A DNA stretch of 248,000 bases from Rhodosorus marinus CCMP1338 (lineage: Eukaryota; Plantae; Rhodophyta). Positions 150,100 through 163,520 of the stretch are shown in pieces. The stretch lies in assembly GCA_029953675.1 (NCBI GenBank), contig JAMWBK010000008.1, positions 1,632,001 to 1,880,000 of the forward strand, in the 5' to 3' direction. The translations under genes were made by a program, and so were the position numbers. Below the pieces are notes generated by a model. The model saw only the letters and a list, made by a program, of their open reading frames with translations, was not told where the DNA came from and did not search any database. Each line of letters opens with the position of its first letter. Within the stretch, counting starts at the first letter, position 1.

Positions 150100-150855
150100 A
150101 TCTTCAGTTCATCCACGGCTACCCAACAACTTGAATCCTACTCCAACCGCATCTCACCGCAACAAAATTTTCTCTCTTCATCGCTCCCCGCTAACGGATC
150201 CTTCATTACCCGGAAGGCCGGTAAAAGCTTCCAGAGCACAAAATCTTGCTGCCGAACTAACACTGCTTAGCCATGCCCCCCCCCCCCCCAACAACATCCT
150301 CTCCCTCCGACTTGACGCCCCTTTCATGCTTGGGAGCTTGCTAGAGATAAAGGGGTTGCCCACACTGCGACAGAGTGGCGTCTTGCTGTCGACTGCTCTC
150401 CCGAAGGGCTAGCTATAAGATTGTGGCGATTACGTCCATTGAACTGGAATGGCCTGAAAGCTTGGTTTCTCGGCTCTGGCTGGGTCTTGCACATTCTTGT
150501 TCTTGTGTTCGTTTAGAATCAGTAAAAAGCAGTAAAAAGCAGGTGTCCTGACGGAGCTTCTCTCTTAGTACTCTTCTTGTACGTTCGCGTAACGTACGAG
150601 TAGCCGATTGAGGATCTATACATCTAGAAAATAACAATGGCTCCCTTAAGGGGTGACCCTTGTTCCCAGTCGCACCTCCGATTACAGAATAAAGTGAAAA
150701 ATAAAATCCATTTCGGGTTAAGGAATCACATAGCAAGGGCACATAATATGGCTTAGCACACCCACGTTCCCTTTGACATCGGCACTTTGCGGCCCATGTC
150801 CGCAATGCACGCTGAAACAGGATCTTGTCTTTTGCCTATTGGATACGTTTTGCGC

Positions 150856-151818
150856 TCAGTTCTGACCTCGAAGTCCTCTGCCCATTCCCCCCCATCCAAA
150901 TCGGTTTCCTTCCTGCCCACCAGGCTGCCCGCCAGGCTGCCCATCATCCTCCACTGCCGCAGCTACTGCGCTGGCCTCGTCATTGTTTCCTACCAACCAG
151001 CTGAGAATCTATATATTTCGCACAAAATCAGATGAGCGTAAAAGAAGTTTTAGGCAAGGGCCAAGGGGTGATCAATAAATTTCAGATTGCAATTTGTTCA
151101 AGCGAGTAGTCCTTCGCATACCCTTGGCGTCCACAGAATCCTCTTTCCCCCCGTTATTATCGGATAAATGTCATAGAGAAAATAGTAAAAGTGTCCTGCA
151201 ATCACGCCAAGGATGTCCGCTTTGGCATGGTCCTGCGATGAGTTGTTGCTCCCAAGAATAAGGGAGAAGAGCAGCAAAACCCATGGGAGGTATGGAGCCC
151301 GGAAATTGAAGAGTCCTAATCAATATGTATGTGAATTAGAGCATTACCAACGTGCCGATCCCGCCCCTTTTCCACGTGTCGATCTGCATACCGAGAAAAT
151401 TCATTGCCATTCGTTCATTTCGACGTCCCCAAACGTAGACCATCATAAATGTCAGCGAGGGCCCCAGGAAAAGGACACCTGGAGTCAGTCGTGAAACAGC
151501 TAGAAGCAGCGTGCTGCCAAAGATGAGCATATACAGAAAGTCCGCGGTCTTGCCCCGGAATGAGTTGATCTCAAGCAGCTTGCAGTACCGGTACAAGAAG
151601 AACATGTGAAAGAGAAAGTCCAATCCAAACTTCCCAAAGAAGAAAAAGTTCGTCAACAACCGCCACACCTGACCCTCCAAAATCTGCGCCCAGTTCAAGT
151701 ACAGCTTCAAAGGAGATATCATATCCAGTGCACACATCCCCGTCGTGATCACTGACAACGCCACGTACGATCGAGTCACCGGTGGCATCAGCCTAAACCA
151801 TTCCTCAAAAAACGCCAT
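150856..151818 (-). CDS. DER1: Derlin (ERAD), spliced
   Basis: MPPVTR, GQVWRLLTNFFFFG, FRAPYLPWVL. Confidence 0.92.
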
Positions 151819-152909
151819 TTTCTCCACAAACTACCAAAACGAAGAAAAAAAAAACAAAGCCCGAAAACCAACGCGAAGAAAAACCTCAAAATCCCCTCAA
151901 CAAGCACCCCGCTTCTTGCTTCACCAAAAACCACCAAAACGCATACAAAAATCCTTCAAAAAAGCCGCCAATAAACTCAAATATGCCCGCCCACCCTATC
152001 CAACATCATCATCAAACCTACTAATCACAACACGCATCCAACCCATTGATCACTTCCCCCCAGAAAGTCATTACCCCAAAAACCTTTCCCTCCTCCGACT
152101 CACAAACACAAACGAACAACAAAAAAAACACTCACGCCCTCTACTTCATCCAATCTTTATCCTCTAATACACACATCCCATAGCTCTTCTCCCTCCCTCC
152201 CTCTCTCTCTCTCTCTCTCCCTCTTCTCCAAACCTCCCCCAAACCCAAATGCCACCTTCATCTCAATATGTAATCAACAAGAACAGAGTCCACTGTCAAA
152301 CCAAAAAGAACAGCCAATGTTACAGCTACAAAAAAAAAACTAAAAATATCAACTATGCTTGTCCAAAGAAATTCATTGGAATTTCAAAACAAAAATTATA
152401 AAAGAGATATAATCAATCCAAATAAGTTGATAATGACTGAAAACTATTATTATTTGTCTTCTTAATTCTTTGGATGTGATTTTCTTTAAATTTTTAGAAT
152501 TATTGACTGACTTTGTTTTTATTTATTTTATAGGATATATTGTATTTGTATTTTGAGGAAAAATGCTAGCTCAGTCATTGGAGAATTTTTCTCAAAAAGT
152601 GTTTTTAGTAATGTACTAATACGTGTTGGATATTGTACTATGTACTATGTACTATTTTTTTGTTTTGTTTTTTCGTCTGTTGTCTTACCGGAGGTTTTTT
152701 GGTGGTGGATGATGGAGTTTCTTTTGTAGAGAGCTGGTACCTTTTTTGGTGATGATGACTAGGCAAAGGAATCTGAGAACTACCGAGACGAGGAAGGCTT
152801 AAAAATCTCCTATCGGATTTTCTGTCCCCACCACCCCTCACCCCCGCCGCAACATCGTTCGAACGATCCAGCGAGCTAGGTACATCTTTATCGGATTTTG
152901 GAGATCCTC

Positions 152910-154578
152910 GATGCTGGTAGCACGATCACTATGCTTTGATATAGCTGAGATTCTACTAGTTACTTTTATTGTACGCCCTCCCCAATGACGTGGATGAAAC
153001 CTTATCATGCCTCTACATCTACGAGGATGACTGGCAGCTGCTGACGACTGCGTGTTTGGAGACTGCCGGTTTTATCCGCGGCTTTTAGTTTGCTTTTTTG
153101 CTGCTTTAATATTCTGTAGGATACCATACTAGAATGGCAGAGCGAAATTCATCCTCCTCAGCTGACCTGGCGAGAAAGTAAGCAGTTCTCGTTCTAGTGC
153201 GTCTTGGATGTGGCCTTAGGGTCGATGGTCGCTAATTCTCAGTGCCTTCTGTTTCGTCCAGGCAGATTCATGGGGAGCAAGATCTGAGAGTTTTTCTGGA
153301 GTCCAATACGTTCAAGGTAATCCGCGGAGCTAGTATCCAGAATCAATCGGGAACGATATTTGTGGCTCAAGCGGAGTTCTCGAAACCCCTCGCCTAGGAC
153401 CTCTGGACGTTTGTGCTACGATGTAATGAAGCCGTAAAGAACAGCACAATCAGCAGTTGCCAAGATATGAAAGGATCAACGGCTGTCGACTCGCTCGTGA
153501 TTGTTCTTGACAACTTGAGCAAGCTGGTAGACGAAATCCCACCTGCAAACCAGGTGAGCTTGCACGCTGTGTCTTATCGCTCCAGATATCAGTCTCACAC
153601 CAGCACTTCTTCGATTAACCAGCCAGCGAGATACGGAAATAGCTCGTTCACCGTTTGGCATACAGAACTGGTCTCACGCTCGGAATCAATGATCGGTAAG
153701 TCCCAACTGGAAGGCAGCAGCGGGTTTGCTCTAGATTCATCGAGTCTAAGGCCTTGTCCATGTCTTCGGTTTTTGTCTCAGAATCTTTGCTTCCACCGGA
153801 CAAGTCCTCGCTTTCAGCAGAGCTTGCTCTGTACTTGAACGCGTCCTTCGGACATGAGATAAGAAGAGACTACGGTAGCGGTCACGAAGCAACGTTTCTC
153901 GTTCTGCTTTTTTGCCTCCTGAAGGTGTGAGCAGATCGTACTCAACCGGACACCCGACGCGTATCAAATCGGAGCAACATCCGCTGAATAGGAATCACAT
154001 CGCGTCTCTCACATTAGGTTGGAGCATTTCAAGAGGCAGACTTCAAGCTGCTCGTGCTTCGAGTCTTTACCAAGTACTTGGAGGTTACAAGAAAACTGCA
154101 GACGACCTACTGGTTGGAACCCGCTGGCTCACATGGGGTATGGGGCCTTGACGACTACTCGTTTCTGAACTTTCTTTGGGGTTCCGCTCAGCTGTTTGAC
154201 AACAAAGAGATTACACCGCCAAGCGTCGTCAGTTCCGAACAAGTTCTTAAAGATTGGTCTGATGAGTACCTCTACGTTGACGCCATAAGAGCAATCAAGC
154301 GGGTGAAGAAGGTACTAATTCATGTTTTCTCGTCCAAGCCGAAGCGGTTTTAGTAGATCCGTACTTGTGCCGTTCCACAAGCTGAAGCTTTTCCCGTTCG
154401 TCTGCGTCAGGGACCGTTCTTTGAGCATTCGCCGATGTTACGGGACATTTCAGAGGTACGAGAGGGCTGGCCAAAGATTAACTCAGGTCTTATAAAGATG
154501 TACAGAGCAGAAGTATGGGGCAAACTCCCTGTCGTCCAACACACACTGTTCGGGTCGATTTTCAAGTTCGATGAGTGA
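152910..154578 (+). CDS. PTPA: PP2A phosphatase activator, spliced (start uncertain)
   Basis: [29 protein letters not shown]. Confidence 0.92.
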
Positions 154579-156724
154579 CACATGTTCGTCAGCAGCTCAA
154601 ACAAATCCCAGTGTACCCCCAACCCCGACCGGCTTGTCAGGAAGCAGAATAGATACTCTGCGTCTAGGACTTCCTTTCTTCAATGTTTGAACGGTTCTGG
154701 TGCTGCTCAGACGGATGCTGTTAAAGACGACGGGAGGTGCGCGAGAGATGCGCGATGTCGTCGAGAGATCTGCTCTGTCCTCAATCGACTGCCTCTGCGT
154801 GGGAGTGAACTTAACAATTACGCGCTAGAGGACGTGGTCAGATTTTGCAGTTCGAGGATCTAGTAAAGTCACACCAGTCTTTCCTCCGGGTCCAAAAACC
154901 AGGTAATGCTTATCAAGAAGAAGCCCAAGCATGTGCGGATTAACAGATCTCCAAAGTCGCCTGTTGGGAATCTCAATCTCAAACAAGCTTATCAAAGAGA
155001 AACTGTTATGTCGAATGTAAAGGTCGATCAACCAAGCCTTCTTCCCCCGTAAAAGCACATACGACCATGATCTCCTTCTTAACGAAGCGGTCAAAAGGAG
155101 AGCCACGAAGTGACGTGGATCACTACTGACTGGAAAACGTGTAAACAGTTGCTGTGTCTCCGTATCTCTTCGAGTATGCCGTGAGTAGCTATTCCCATTT
155201 GGCGGGAAGCGTATCCCTGATGTGTGAATTCCTCTAGAAAACTTTTGTAGCTTTGCATCTTGCTCTCCCCCCAAGGTCATGGGGCAGGTACACACGGCGC
155301 AGGCTGCATACTTTGCTCGAGCAAACACATCACCCATCGCTGGAGAAAGACGGCAGAGTGCGGCAGCGATGGAAGACAATGCGGACTGCAATATTTGAAG
155401 AAGAAATTTGAAAGCCCAATTCATCCGCGAACACATCAAGGATCAGCATCCAGGCAAATCGTAGTAGTGACCTGGCAGTACGCATTCAGAGACACGAAGA
155501 ATAACAAGCAAGCTTCAACACCTTCCACTCTCCGTCAGCTCCGTGACCCATGCCCAACAGTCTTGACTCCTCTTCGGACTAGTTCACCATCAAGATGATC
155601 GTCAAGTGCATTGTGAAGGCGGTGTTGTGGGCTCTTCGATGAGTCAAGAAGTAGGGCCCAGGAGTCAAAGATAGGAGTGCTTTTCTTCACTTATCAAGGA
155701 CAGGTCTTCACATGCGATCGTGAGTTGTAGATACAGAATCGTACAACTAAAACGAAATTACAGACTCGTGACAGATCCTCAGGGAAGCAGGGCTGAGTCG
155801 GCAGATAGTTAAGGCAATCGTCATCAGCGTGCGTGGCGATGGCGCAGTGGTCCATTCGCGTGGGGGAGGAACTCAGCGCGATTGACGTCGCAGATGCCCT
155901 AACTACAGACACGTGACAAATCCGCAGGGAAGCAGGGCTGAGCCTTGACGGATTGTTAAGGCAATCGCCATCAGCGCGCGTGGCGATGACAGTAGGGATC
156001 CTTTCGCGTGGGGGAAGGGTACCCAACTATGCGAGGGAAAATCAGCGCGATCGGCCTCGCAGATGCCGACGGGACTTGTAAAGTCAAACTGGACCGTCGG
156101 TGTAGCTTCAGATCTGTCAAATATTGGCTCCAAAAACATCCATTCAGATCCCGTCCTCACCAGTACAAAAACGCCAGCTCGACCAGAATCACCATTCCCC
156201 ATGGAGTTCAACTCCCCAAGTGAAAGCCACAAAAATAACATCGGCCTTCTTAAAAACCCTACCGGAGTTTGATTTTTAAAATATTTTGAAGGTTTTATGG
156301 GCTCATTTTTGCACTCGTTTGGGTATCATTAGCCATTAATGTTTAGCCAGGATTCTGTGGAGATTAAGGCATGTAAATCATGTAGGTATAAAATCTGACT
156401 TTTTAGGGCTCGATTGATTGAGGGGGGGGGGTGGGCAGGGTGGGCCGGGAGAGTGGAGAGCTCTGTAGGGATATAGTATGAGATTCTTAACCTTTTTATG
156501 GGAATGGGAATGATCTAGATAAGTTTTGTCTGAGGAACGTGCAATGTAGGGACGGTGAAGGGTTGAAGACGGTGGGAGTCAGGGGCGTACTGTTTTGTTT
156601 AGGTTTCGGGGCTGTGTGGAGAAGGGTTTCGGGTTGGGCATTTGAGTGTCTTCTACTCCTAGCCTGTTTTTTGCTTTTTTTGTCCCGGGACGGGGTTTGA
156701 CATGAAATGTGTTGTGAGTGAGAT

Positions 156725-159250
156725 TTGAGGATGGCACGGGATGAGCAAGCCAATGGGGCGTCGTTTGGACCGGACCACTATTGCTTCCATCGCGAGGTTA
156801 GCAGTAACGCAGAAGCTGAGGATCGCTTCCGTGACGTCGCAAGCGTCGTTTCGAAACTAGTTAGTAGCGGATCGACGACATCTGAGGCTCTCCAAGAGGC
156901 GCAAACTCGGTATGGTGGTGACCTGAACATTGTTGCTGGCGAGAGTTGGGATTTTGGGGGGAATGTGCAGGACGTCCTCATACTTGGTTGCGCGATTTCA
157001 ACCGAGGAGGTTCATATTTTCATGGAAAACGTCGGTTCTACGCCCGTAACTGCGGCACCCCGACTATCGGACATGAAATCGCTCTTGGCGAATTCTAGGG
157101 ACGGGCTTCTGTGGGAACTCTCTGACATCGCAAACCGGCTTCCTTCTGAAACCATCAGAGACGAGGAACTCAGCGATGTGAGGTACTTCAAGGATATCAG
157201 TGCATGGGGAGGATCTGCCTTGTTTCGTCTGAGAATACTCACGCCCGAGGAGACGACGAATGAAGCGATTCACGAATCCCGAATGGACGCCCTATTGCGC
157301 CTCCAGTCGATCACCAGCAAGGAAGAAGCCTCGAGGAACTTGATTGTTTCGGAGCTTGTCGGAGTACTAGATGATTCACGTGCGTTGGTGCGAGTGCTAC
157401 ACAACCTTGCCGTAGTCGCCATGCCGAATGACAGAGACATGCCAATTGAAGTCGGTAAGCTCATGCGTGATCTGGTGTACCTGGTTACGCTTGTTACCGG
157501 ATCGGTTGAAGCAGGTCTAAAACTTGGCTGGCTCCTTGAGATCCTGGCGAGGCTTGGATCCGGCGCTAAAGTCGTAGACTTTGCTAGAGAGTTTTTGAGG
157601 AATGACCAACCTCCAGTGGCAGTGATCGCGTGCGCTGCAAACAGTTCACAATCACCCTGGCTGGGTGAGATGGCAGCGATGGCAGAAAATCTGGCCAACG
157701 CTTTAGATGATCTCGGCTGGATTGTGGTATTGGTCAGCTGCTGTGGGCCAAAAGACACTCTCGCGAACGCAACCAAACTCGCACGCGGTCGTGAAGGAGG
157801 TGCTTGTGACGTTTTCGCGCTGAAGAACTCGGGTATTTCTTCAGCGCACTCGCACTACGTAGTGCGAACGGTACATTCCATCCGGGAGGCTCCAAGGGCG
157901 GAACGCAGTGATTTATGCAGGCTCTTCGCGCAAGAAGGTCTGAAAACTCTCAAGGCAGAAAAGATAAGACCGGGGGCGGTGTTCTCCTGTGGATGGGCAA
158001 CCACACAGTTTGCGGATGTTGCGTTGCGACCTGGAAGAGGATTCGAAAGCGACGATGGTGCTAGTCTCTCTCAGTTCTTTGCCTCTACGGAGTTTGTTCA
158101 CATGGTTGAACCACATGACATCGGAAGTGTTCAGGTTGATGGAGGACAGGACGGAACACTGCTCGCTCTCGAAACTTGCCGCTCGTGGGGCACCGTTGGA
158201 ATGCCCGAGCTGTGGTCGGAGCAACCCGAGAGCGTGATGAAAAAATTAGAGCTCATCCTCGAGGGTAGAGAGCAGGATGGATTTCATTCTAGTATTGGTT
158301 GTGTGATCGATCAGCGGACGGCCCTTATTAGCCATCTCGCAGCGAGGAAGGAACTGGTTCGGCGGAATCTCGTCTCTGGCGCAGAGAACCAAGCTGTTGT
158401 GTGCATCCAGCTCTCAGTTTCCGGCCGATCGGATGCAGCTAGTGCTCAGGCTGTGGACGAAACCTTGAAGGAAATTGAAGGGATGATCCTGGGGCCTAAA
158501 GGAGGGTCGTTCATGTTTCTCTTTGTTCCGTCGTCTCCGTCGTCGACGTTGGCGTCTCCAGCATCGAGCTGGTTGATCTCCCCATCGACTTCAACGCAGC
158601 CGTACCCGGGTCTGGCGCAGCTGCGGCGAAATTATCCGAAACGTGTTGCGATTGTTCCAACAGATCTTAGCCGCCATGCATTTACGGGAGCGGATTGTGC
158701 ACTTCTGTCGGACTCATCTAAGGCGTTTACGAACGGCCTAAGAGGAGTTGGCACTAAAGTCCTTTTCGCCAGTGATGCGGATTGGATAAAGAGGTTAGCA
158801 TCGATGGGTCAGCTCAGCAGCAGATCGCAACCAGCGAGAGCTGCAGTAGTTGCAACAGCACTGCCGCTGCAATCTGTTGTTGAGACCTGGTCGAAGCAGC
158901 TTCAACTGATGCTCAAGCACGTGCCTGTGAGTTGCCCGGCTGATTTCAAGTACGAGCTGGAAGCCACTCAGAAAGCCAGCTGGGCTTTTTTGGATAGCCG
159001 AACGTCCAGAATAGATGTGACCCGACTAGGTGCAAAACGGGTGAATCTCGTCGGTTCGTTCAACGATTGGTCTGGACAGCTTCAGATGACGGGCAGTCCA
159101 GCAGACGGGAAGTTTAGGATCAAGTTGAGACTTCCGAGAAGAAAGCACCTCTTCAAGCTCGTCGTGGACGGCGAATGGACAACAGACTCAAAAAACCCGG
159201 AAGAAGTCGATGCAAATGGGTTCAAGAATAACTATATAGTTGTTAGCTGA
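156725..159250 (+). CDS. Degenerate GT5 (starch/glycogen synthase-like) domain plus C-terminal CBM48
   Basis: Aligns by eye with the GT5 N-terminus but has QSPWL in place of KTGGL; C-terminal VNLVGSFNDW...FKLVVDGEW. Confidence 0.65.
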   Translation: MRMARDEQANGASFGPDHYCFHREVSSNAEAEDRFRDVASVVSKLVSSGSTTSEALQEAQTRYGGDLNIVAGESWDFGGNVQDVLILGCAISTEEVHIFMENVGSTPVTAAPRLSDMKSLLANSRDGLLWELSDIANRLPSETIRDEELSDVRYFKDISAWGGSALFRLRILTPEETTNEAIHESRMDALLRLQSITSKEEASRNLIVSELVGVLDDSRALVRVLHNLAVVAMPNDRDMPIEVGKLMRDLVYLVTLVTGSVEAGLKLGWLLEILARLGSGAKVVDFAREFLRNDQPPVAVIACAANSSQSPWLGEMAAMAENLANALDDLGWIVVLVSCCGPKDTLANATKLARGREGGACDVFALKNSGISSAHSHYVVRTVHSIREAPRAERSDLCRLFAQEGLKTLKAEKIRPGAVFSCGWATTQFADVALRPGRGFESDDGASLSQFFASTEFVHMVEPHDIGSVQVDGGQDGTLLALETCRSWGTVGMPELWSEQPESVMKKLELILEGREQDGFHSSIGCVIDQRTALISHLAARKELVRRNLVSGAENQAVVCIQLSVSGRSDAASAQAVDETLKEIEGMILGPKGGSFMFLFVPSSPSSTLASPASSWLISPSTSTQPYPGLAQLRRNYPKRVAIVPTDLSRHAFTGADCALLSDSSKAFTNGLRGVGTKVLFASDADWIKRLASMGQLSSRSQPARAAVVATALPLQSVVETWSKQLQLMLKHVPVSCPADFKYELEATQKASWAFLDSRTSRIDVTRLGAKRVNLVGSFNDWSGQLQMTGSPADGKFRIKLRLPRRKHLFKLVVDGEWTTDSKNPEEVDANGFKNNYIVVS

Positions 159251-159419
159251 TACTTTCTGCTCTAGTTCTTCATTGCCATCGGTAACCGGAAATGGGAGAA
159301 GTTTGGTTCAGCACATTCTATTGATCGAGGGCCGCTCGCTCATGGTTTCTTTAATAATTATTCACTGAAATGCTTCTGAAAAGCTAGACTGCAGACCATT
159401 GCGTTGCAGGCTGGAACAC

Positions 159420-161490
159420 TCAATCCAGCTGCATCATCAACTTCGATCGACGCGACAGACGAGGACTGTCAGAAGAGTAGTCAAGAGCCTTGGAGGTTCG
159501 CTGAACCTCAGTCGAGCGAAAGACGTGAAAGACAGACATTGGGCAGAGCCTTCTCAACAGCGTTCACCTACGGGCACCATCTCAAACCCGTTGCGACCAT
159601 TTTCACCCCAGTCTATACACCGTGAACGCATCCGCCTGCGGTTCGTCTTGTTTTTTGGCGAGTCTGGAGCGGTTGTTCACAGCGTGCTGGCTCAGGTCAT
159701 CGGGGAGCGCTAGCTGGTGCAGGATATGGCTTTCGTCCTCCCCATGTCGCAGGACAAGTTTCCTTAATAACTTGAGGTTCGCTCGTTGCGCGTATGGATC
159801 AAATACAGCGCTCGCTAGCCTCCGTTCGCGATGCGTCAATATTTGATAATGACTGCTTTCCTCTGCGGCGTGGTAACAACGCCTGAACCCCATAAGTACC
159901 TCATTCCGCGGGTCCAATGACGTACACAGCCTCTGTTCTTCGTCTTCATGTTTCGAATCTTTGTAGCAACCTCGCGCTCCCTCCAGAGAATATTCACTTC
160001 ATCGACGCTGTGCTGGGTGTTGAATGAAAGCTCATGGTAGTGATGTACTGTGACGTAGATCTTGAGTTCATTCAACACCGAGCGCAGAGATTCCACCCAT
160101 AATCTATGAAACCCAAAGCTGGAATGGGATTCGTAGTCCTTGAGGATTTTATCCAAAAGCAGTTCAGAGGCGTTTGCCAGCTCCATGGTGAACATGGATG
160201 CCGTCGTCTCAGTGCTAACTACCCAGCTCAGGACTTGAGTCACATCCGCGGCGGCCTAAACCAAAAAAAAAAGGGACGAACGGATAAATGAAGGGAGAGG
160301 GTTTTCAGCTTCTCCAAACCCGCCAGACCCGGGCAATCTAACGGAACAGATGATGAAATGAAACATGACGGACCTTAACGTGCAAGTAGAACGGATCTTC
160401 ACGATCAAGCTCCTCGCTTATGGTGCCAACTTCCGCGATCTCATACATAACCGGCATTACGTACATTCTGGAAACATTTGCTGCTCCCTTATCTAGAGCG
160501 GCAGCTCTCGTAATGAGCTCGTACTCTTTGCTAAAAGCACTGAAGACCAGCTTTGACTGTTTGGCCACATGGCCCCCAAGAAGTTCAGAATGGTGGACGT
160601 ATTCTGCTACTGGACCGTCGACGATCTCCAGGAAGTCAAGGAACGGATGCGCATCGTTTCTCGCTTTGACCTTCTTCTTGACGCGGTAGCCTTCCGGTGC
160701 TGCTCCTCTCAGATAATTCCATCTGAGGCCCGCCGGGTGGTACTCAACGACATAGTCATGAAGCTGCTTTGTGAATCCTTTGATCGCTGTTGCATAGTCG
160801 GAATGGACTGGATCGCAGTTCAGTTGGATAAAGTTGCTCAGGATATTATCACATTCTAGATCGATGACTTGATTGTACTCCTTCACGTGCTTTACCGTGT
160901 TGGGAGCCACAACCCAGCCCAACATTGTTGACAGATCAGCGAGCGCCTGGAAGTGGTGCTTTTTGGGATCATTCGGATCACAATCCCGATTGTACTCAAC
161001 CGCATCGTCAGCACAGTCAGTGAGCGGCTCGCATTTGGCGATAAGGTCATCTCTCGGGGGCATAGAAACTGATGCCGCGTAGGAAATTATTCCGGTTTCT
161101 GCTTCAACGGCTTCCTCAAAAGCCAGCATCTGGTCACGAACATCACCACCTATCTTCTCAGCTAAAGTCGACATCTTCGCAAGATCCGATCTTACAAAAC
161201 TGTTGAAAACCTCTCCAGGATCCGTATCTACGACACGACCAAGCACAACCAAAACATTGCTGAGTCCTCTTTATACCCCCTGAATCGGAGTTTCCATTCA
161301 ACGGCACGTGAGAAACCCCGTCCTGGAGTAAACCATACCGGTCTCAACGGCAAGGAACCCAGTCCGCATACGTCGATCTTTGGGTATCTTCTTCGAGAGC
161401 TCCTCCAACTTTCCAATACTCGCATCCATCGCATTGAAAGTGGATTTGATATTTGGATAGCGTTTCCTAGGAATTGGAGCTAAAAACATG
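159420..161490 (-). CDS. CAP: Adenylyl cyclase-associated protein-like with tandem N-terminal helical domains, spliced
   Basis: HFQAL..LGWV...EYHPAGLRWN; second repeat P.LDFLEIVDGPV...LSWV. Confidence 0.65.
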
Positions 161491-162959
161491 GAGAACTCTT
161501 CAACGAAAGGGTCCAAAGCAGAAAGCCCGCCGTTCCTTCACAAAAAAAAAAATTCGGTTAAAGCAATGTTCTGATTGCATCTAGAACTTACCCAGTTCCT
161601 TGTCCTCACAGCGAAACTCAGCAAAGCAGGTAAGACCCCAAAGGTTCTTATCCACGCTCTCAACTACGTCATCGATCGCATACGTACTACTCCCAAACAT
161701 CTTGCCCTCCCTCTAACCCCTTTTACACTTCAAAATCTAATCCTTATCATTTCAAGCGATCCTTAATGCTTCATTCACTCGTTCGTCTCCTCAGCATCCG
161801 TCCAAACATTTCCCGCCTCCCTCCAGACTGCCGCTTTGTGCTAACGCACACACAACCCACTATCCTTATCGTCCATCGCTTTTTCTGTCCCAGAATCTGG
161901 GACAGGACGTTCCATCCATAGCAATGAATGGAACTGTGTCGTGGGCGTGTCGAGGATCTGTAGCGCAGTCTGTGCGAGAAAGGTGCCCATAGAAATAAAG
162001 TAGCATGCCACGAAAAAAAATTGCGCGGAGGTTGTTGAAGATATACAGCTGGATCCTGAGCTGTTCCCTCGCCGTGGAAATTTTTGTGGCAGCAGATTTG
162101 GGACGGGTATTTTATATGCAAAGATCGGGAGTAGCGGCCTGTCGGAAGAAGGTCACCGCATCGAGAGCATCGCCAGACTTTTGCAATGTACTCTCCAGTG
162201 ACGATAGTATCCAGCTCTGAATCTAGACCTGTTTCCCCTCCATCTCGAAAGTCTGGGACAGCAAGAATGGGACAGAAATTCCGTCGTCACCGATGGGCGC
162301 TAGAGGGCCACTTAACAGGTCGTGAGCCCGGTCTATGCGAGGAACGGTGTCGCATCGGCAACGGCGATGGCCTTGCTACGGCAATGACAGAGGTCGGGCG
162401 GGTCCATCTCTTCTCGCTGGCTTCGTCATGTTTCTCGCCGTGCCCCCAAGCGTCTTGACAGCCTCCTCACGGGAATTGTCTCTGAATCTCTGGCGTTTGA
162501 ATGCTACTTTGTTGTTGGACGCGCGTCATCAGCGTTTCCCTTTCGGCCGCTAAGTGTAGATCCGCTATCGGCTCGGCATAACTTTCTTAGCTCGACAGAA
162601 CTTTTCGCATTGACCCGGGGAAGTACCGTCCATGCGAGGAAGGCCACGGCACCGAGAACGGCACAGACATTCCTTGAAATCTCCGGTGGATGCATTCTCC
162701 AGAACGATATAAACCGGGTCAGCAATCCTGCTCAGTCTCAAACTCTTTCATCCCCGCTTAGAAGTTGGGGCACCAGGAGCGCGGGACGGAAACGGCATGC
162801 AGGACAATTTATTCGGCAAGTAGGCGGACGAGATTTGCTGGGGTTGATGAAGTGGATGGAACCTCTGGAGAGACCTAGACAGCCAGTGCCCTCTGGTTTT
162901 TTCTCGATTGGATGATGAGGTTCTTCTTGAGAAAATCTGGCTTCTCGTTAGTGAGGAGC

Positions 162960-163520
162960 GTCCAGAATGGGATTCGATCTGGATCGGGGTTGAGGAAGAC
163001 GGTTGGCGGTCGATGGATGATCAGAGCGACTGTGTATGGAGGGGGAGGATTGGCTGCTGCACTAGGAAGAGGAAGTTTATTAAGGACTGCGGAGTTCAGT
163101 CGCGTTCCTGCAGCTTTTGAGGTTGTCGAGGACGATGAGAACGAGGAAAAGGTGGAGACTGAGCTGGATATCGTCCTGGCGCGCGCGATGGAGATCGTTA
163201 AGAGGCTCCTCGCGTCTTTGGTGGTATGCACCGTTCTCGCTGCGGCGGCTTTCCTCGCACAGGCAGCGCTCCCGATCTTTGCAAGTGCCCTAGCCGTGGC
163301 TTTTTTGCTGAAGCCCACACAGGCCAGCTTCGCGAGCTGGTACGAGACGGAGAGACTGAGGGACGCGGCGGATCGAGATGATCTAATCGACAAAATGATA
163401 TCACACGCCGCTTCTGTGATCGATATACAGGTGCGATAGCCGACTCCATCCGTGCTCCAGAGTCGCCGTTCTCACCATCTTCTCAACTCATCCTGACACT
163501 TAGGGCTATGAGCACGTTGA
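162960..163520 (+). CDS. Hypothetical plastid membrane protein
   Basis: Transit-peptide-like start, two hydrophobic segments, GT-AG intron. Confidence 0.45.
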
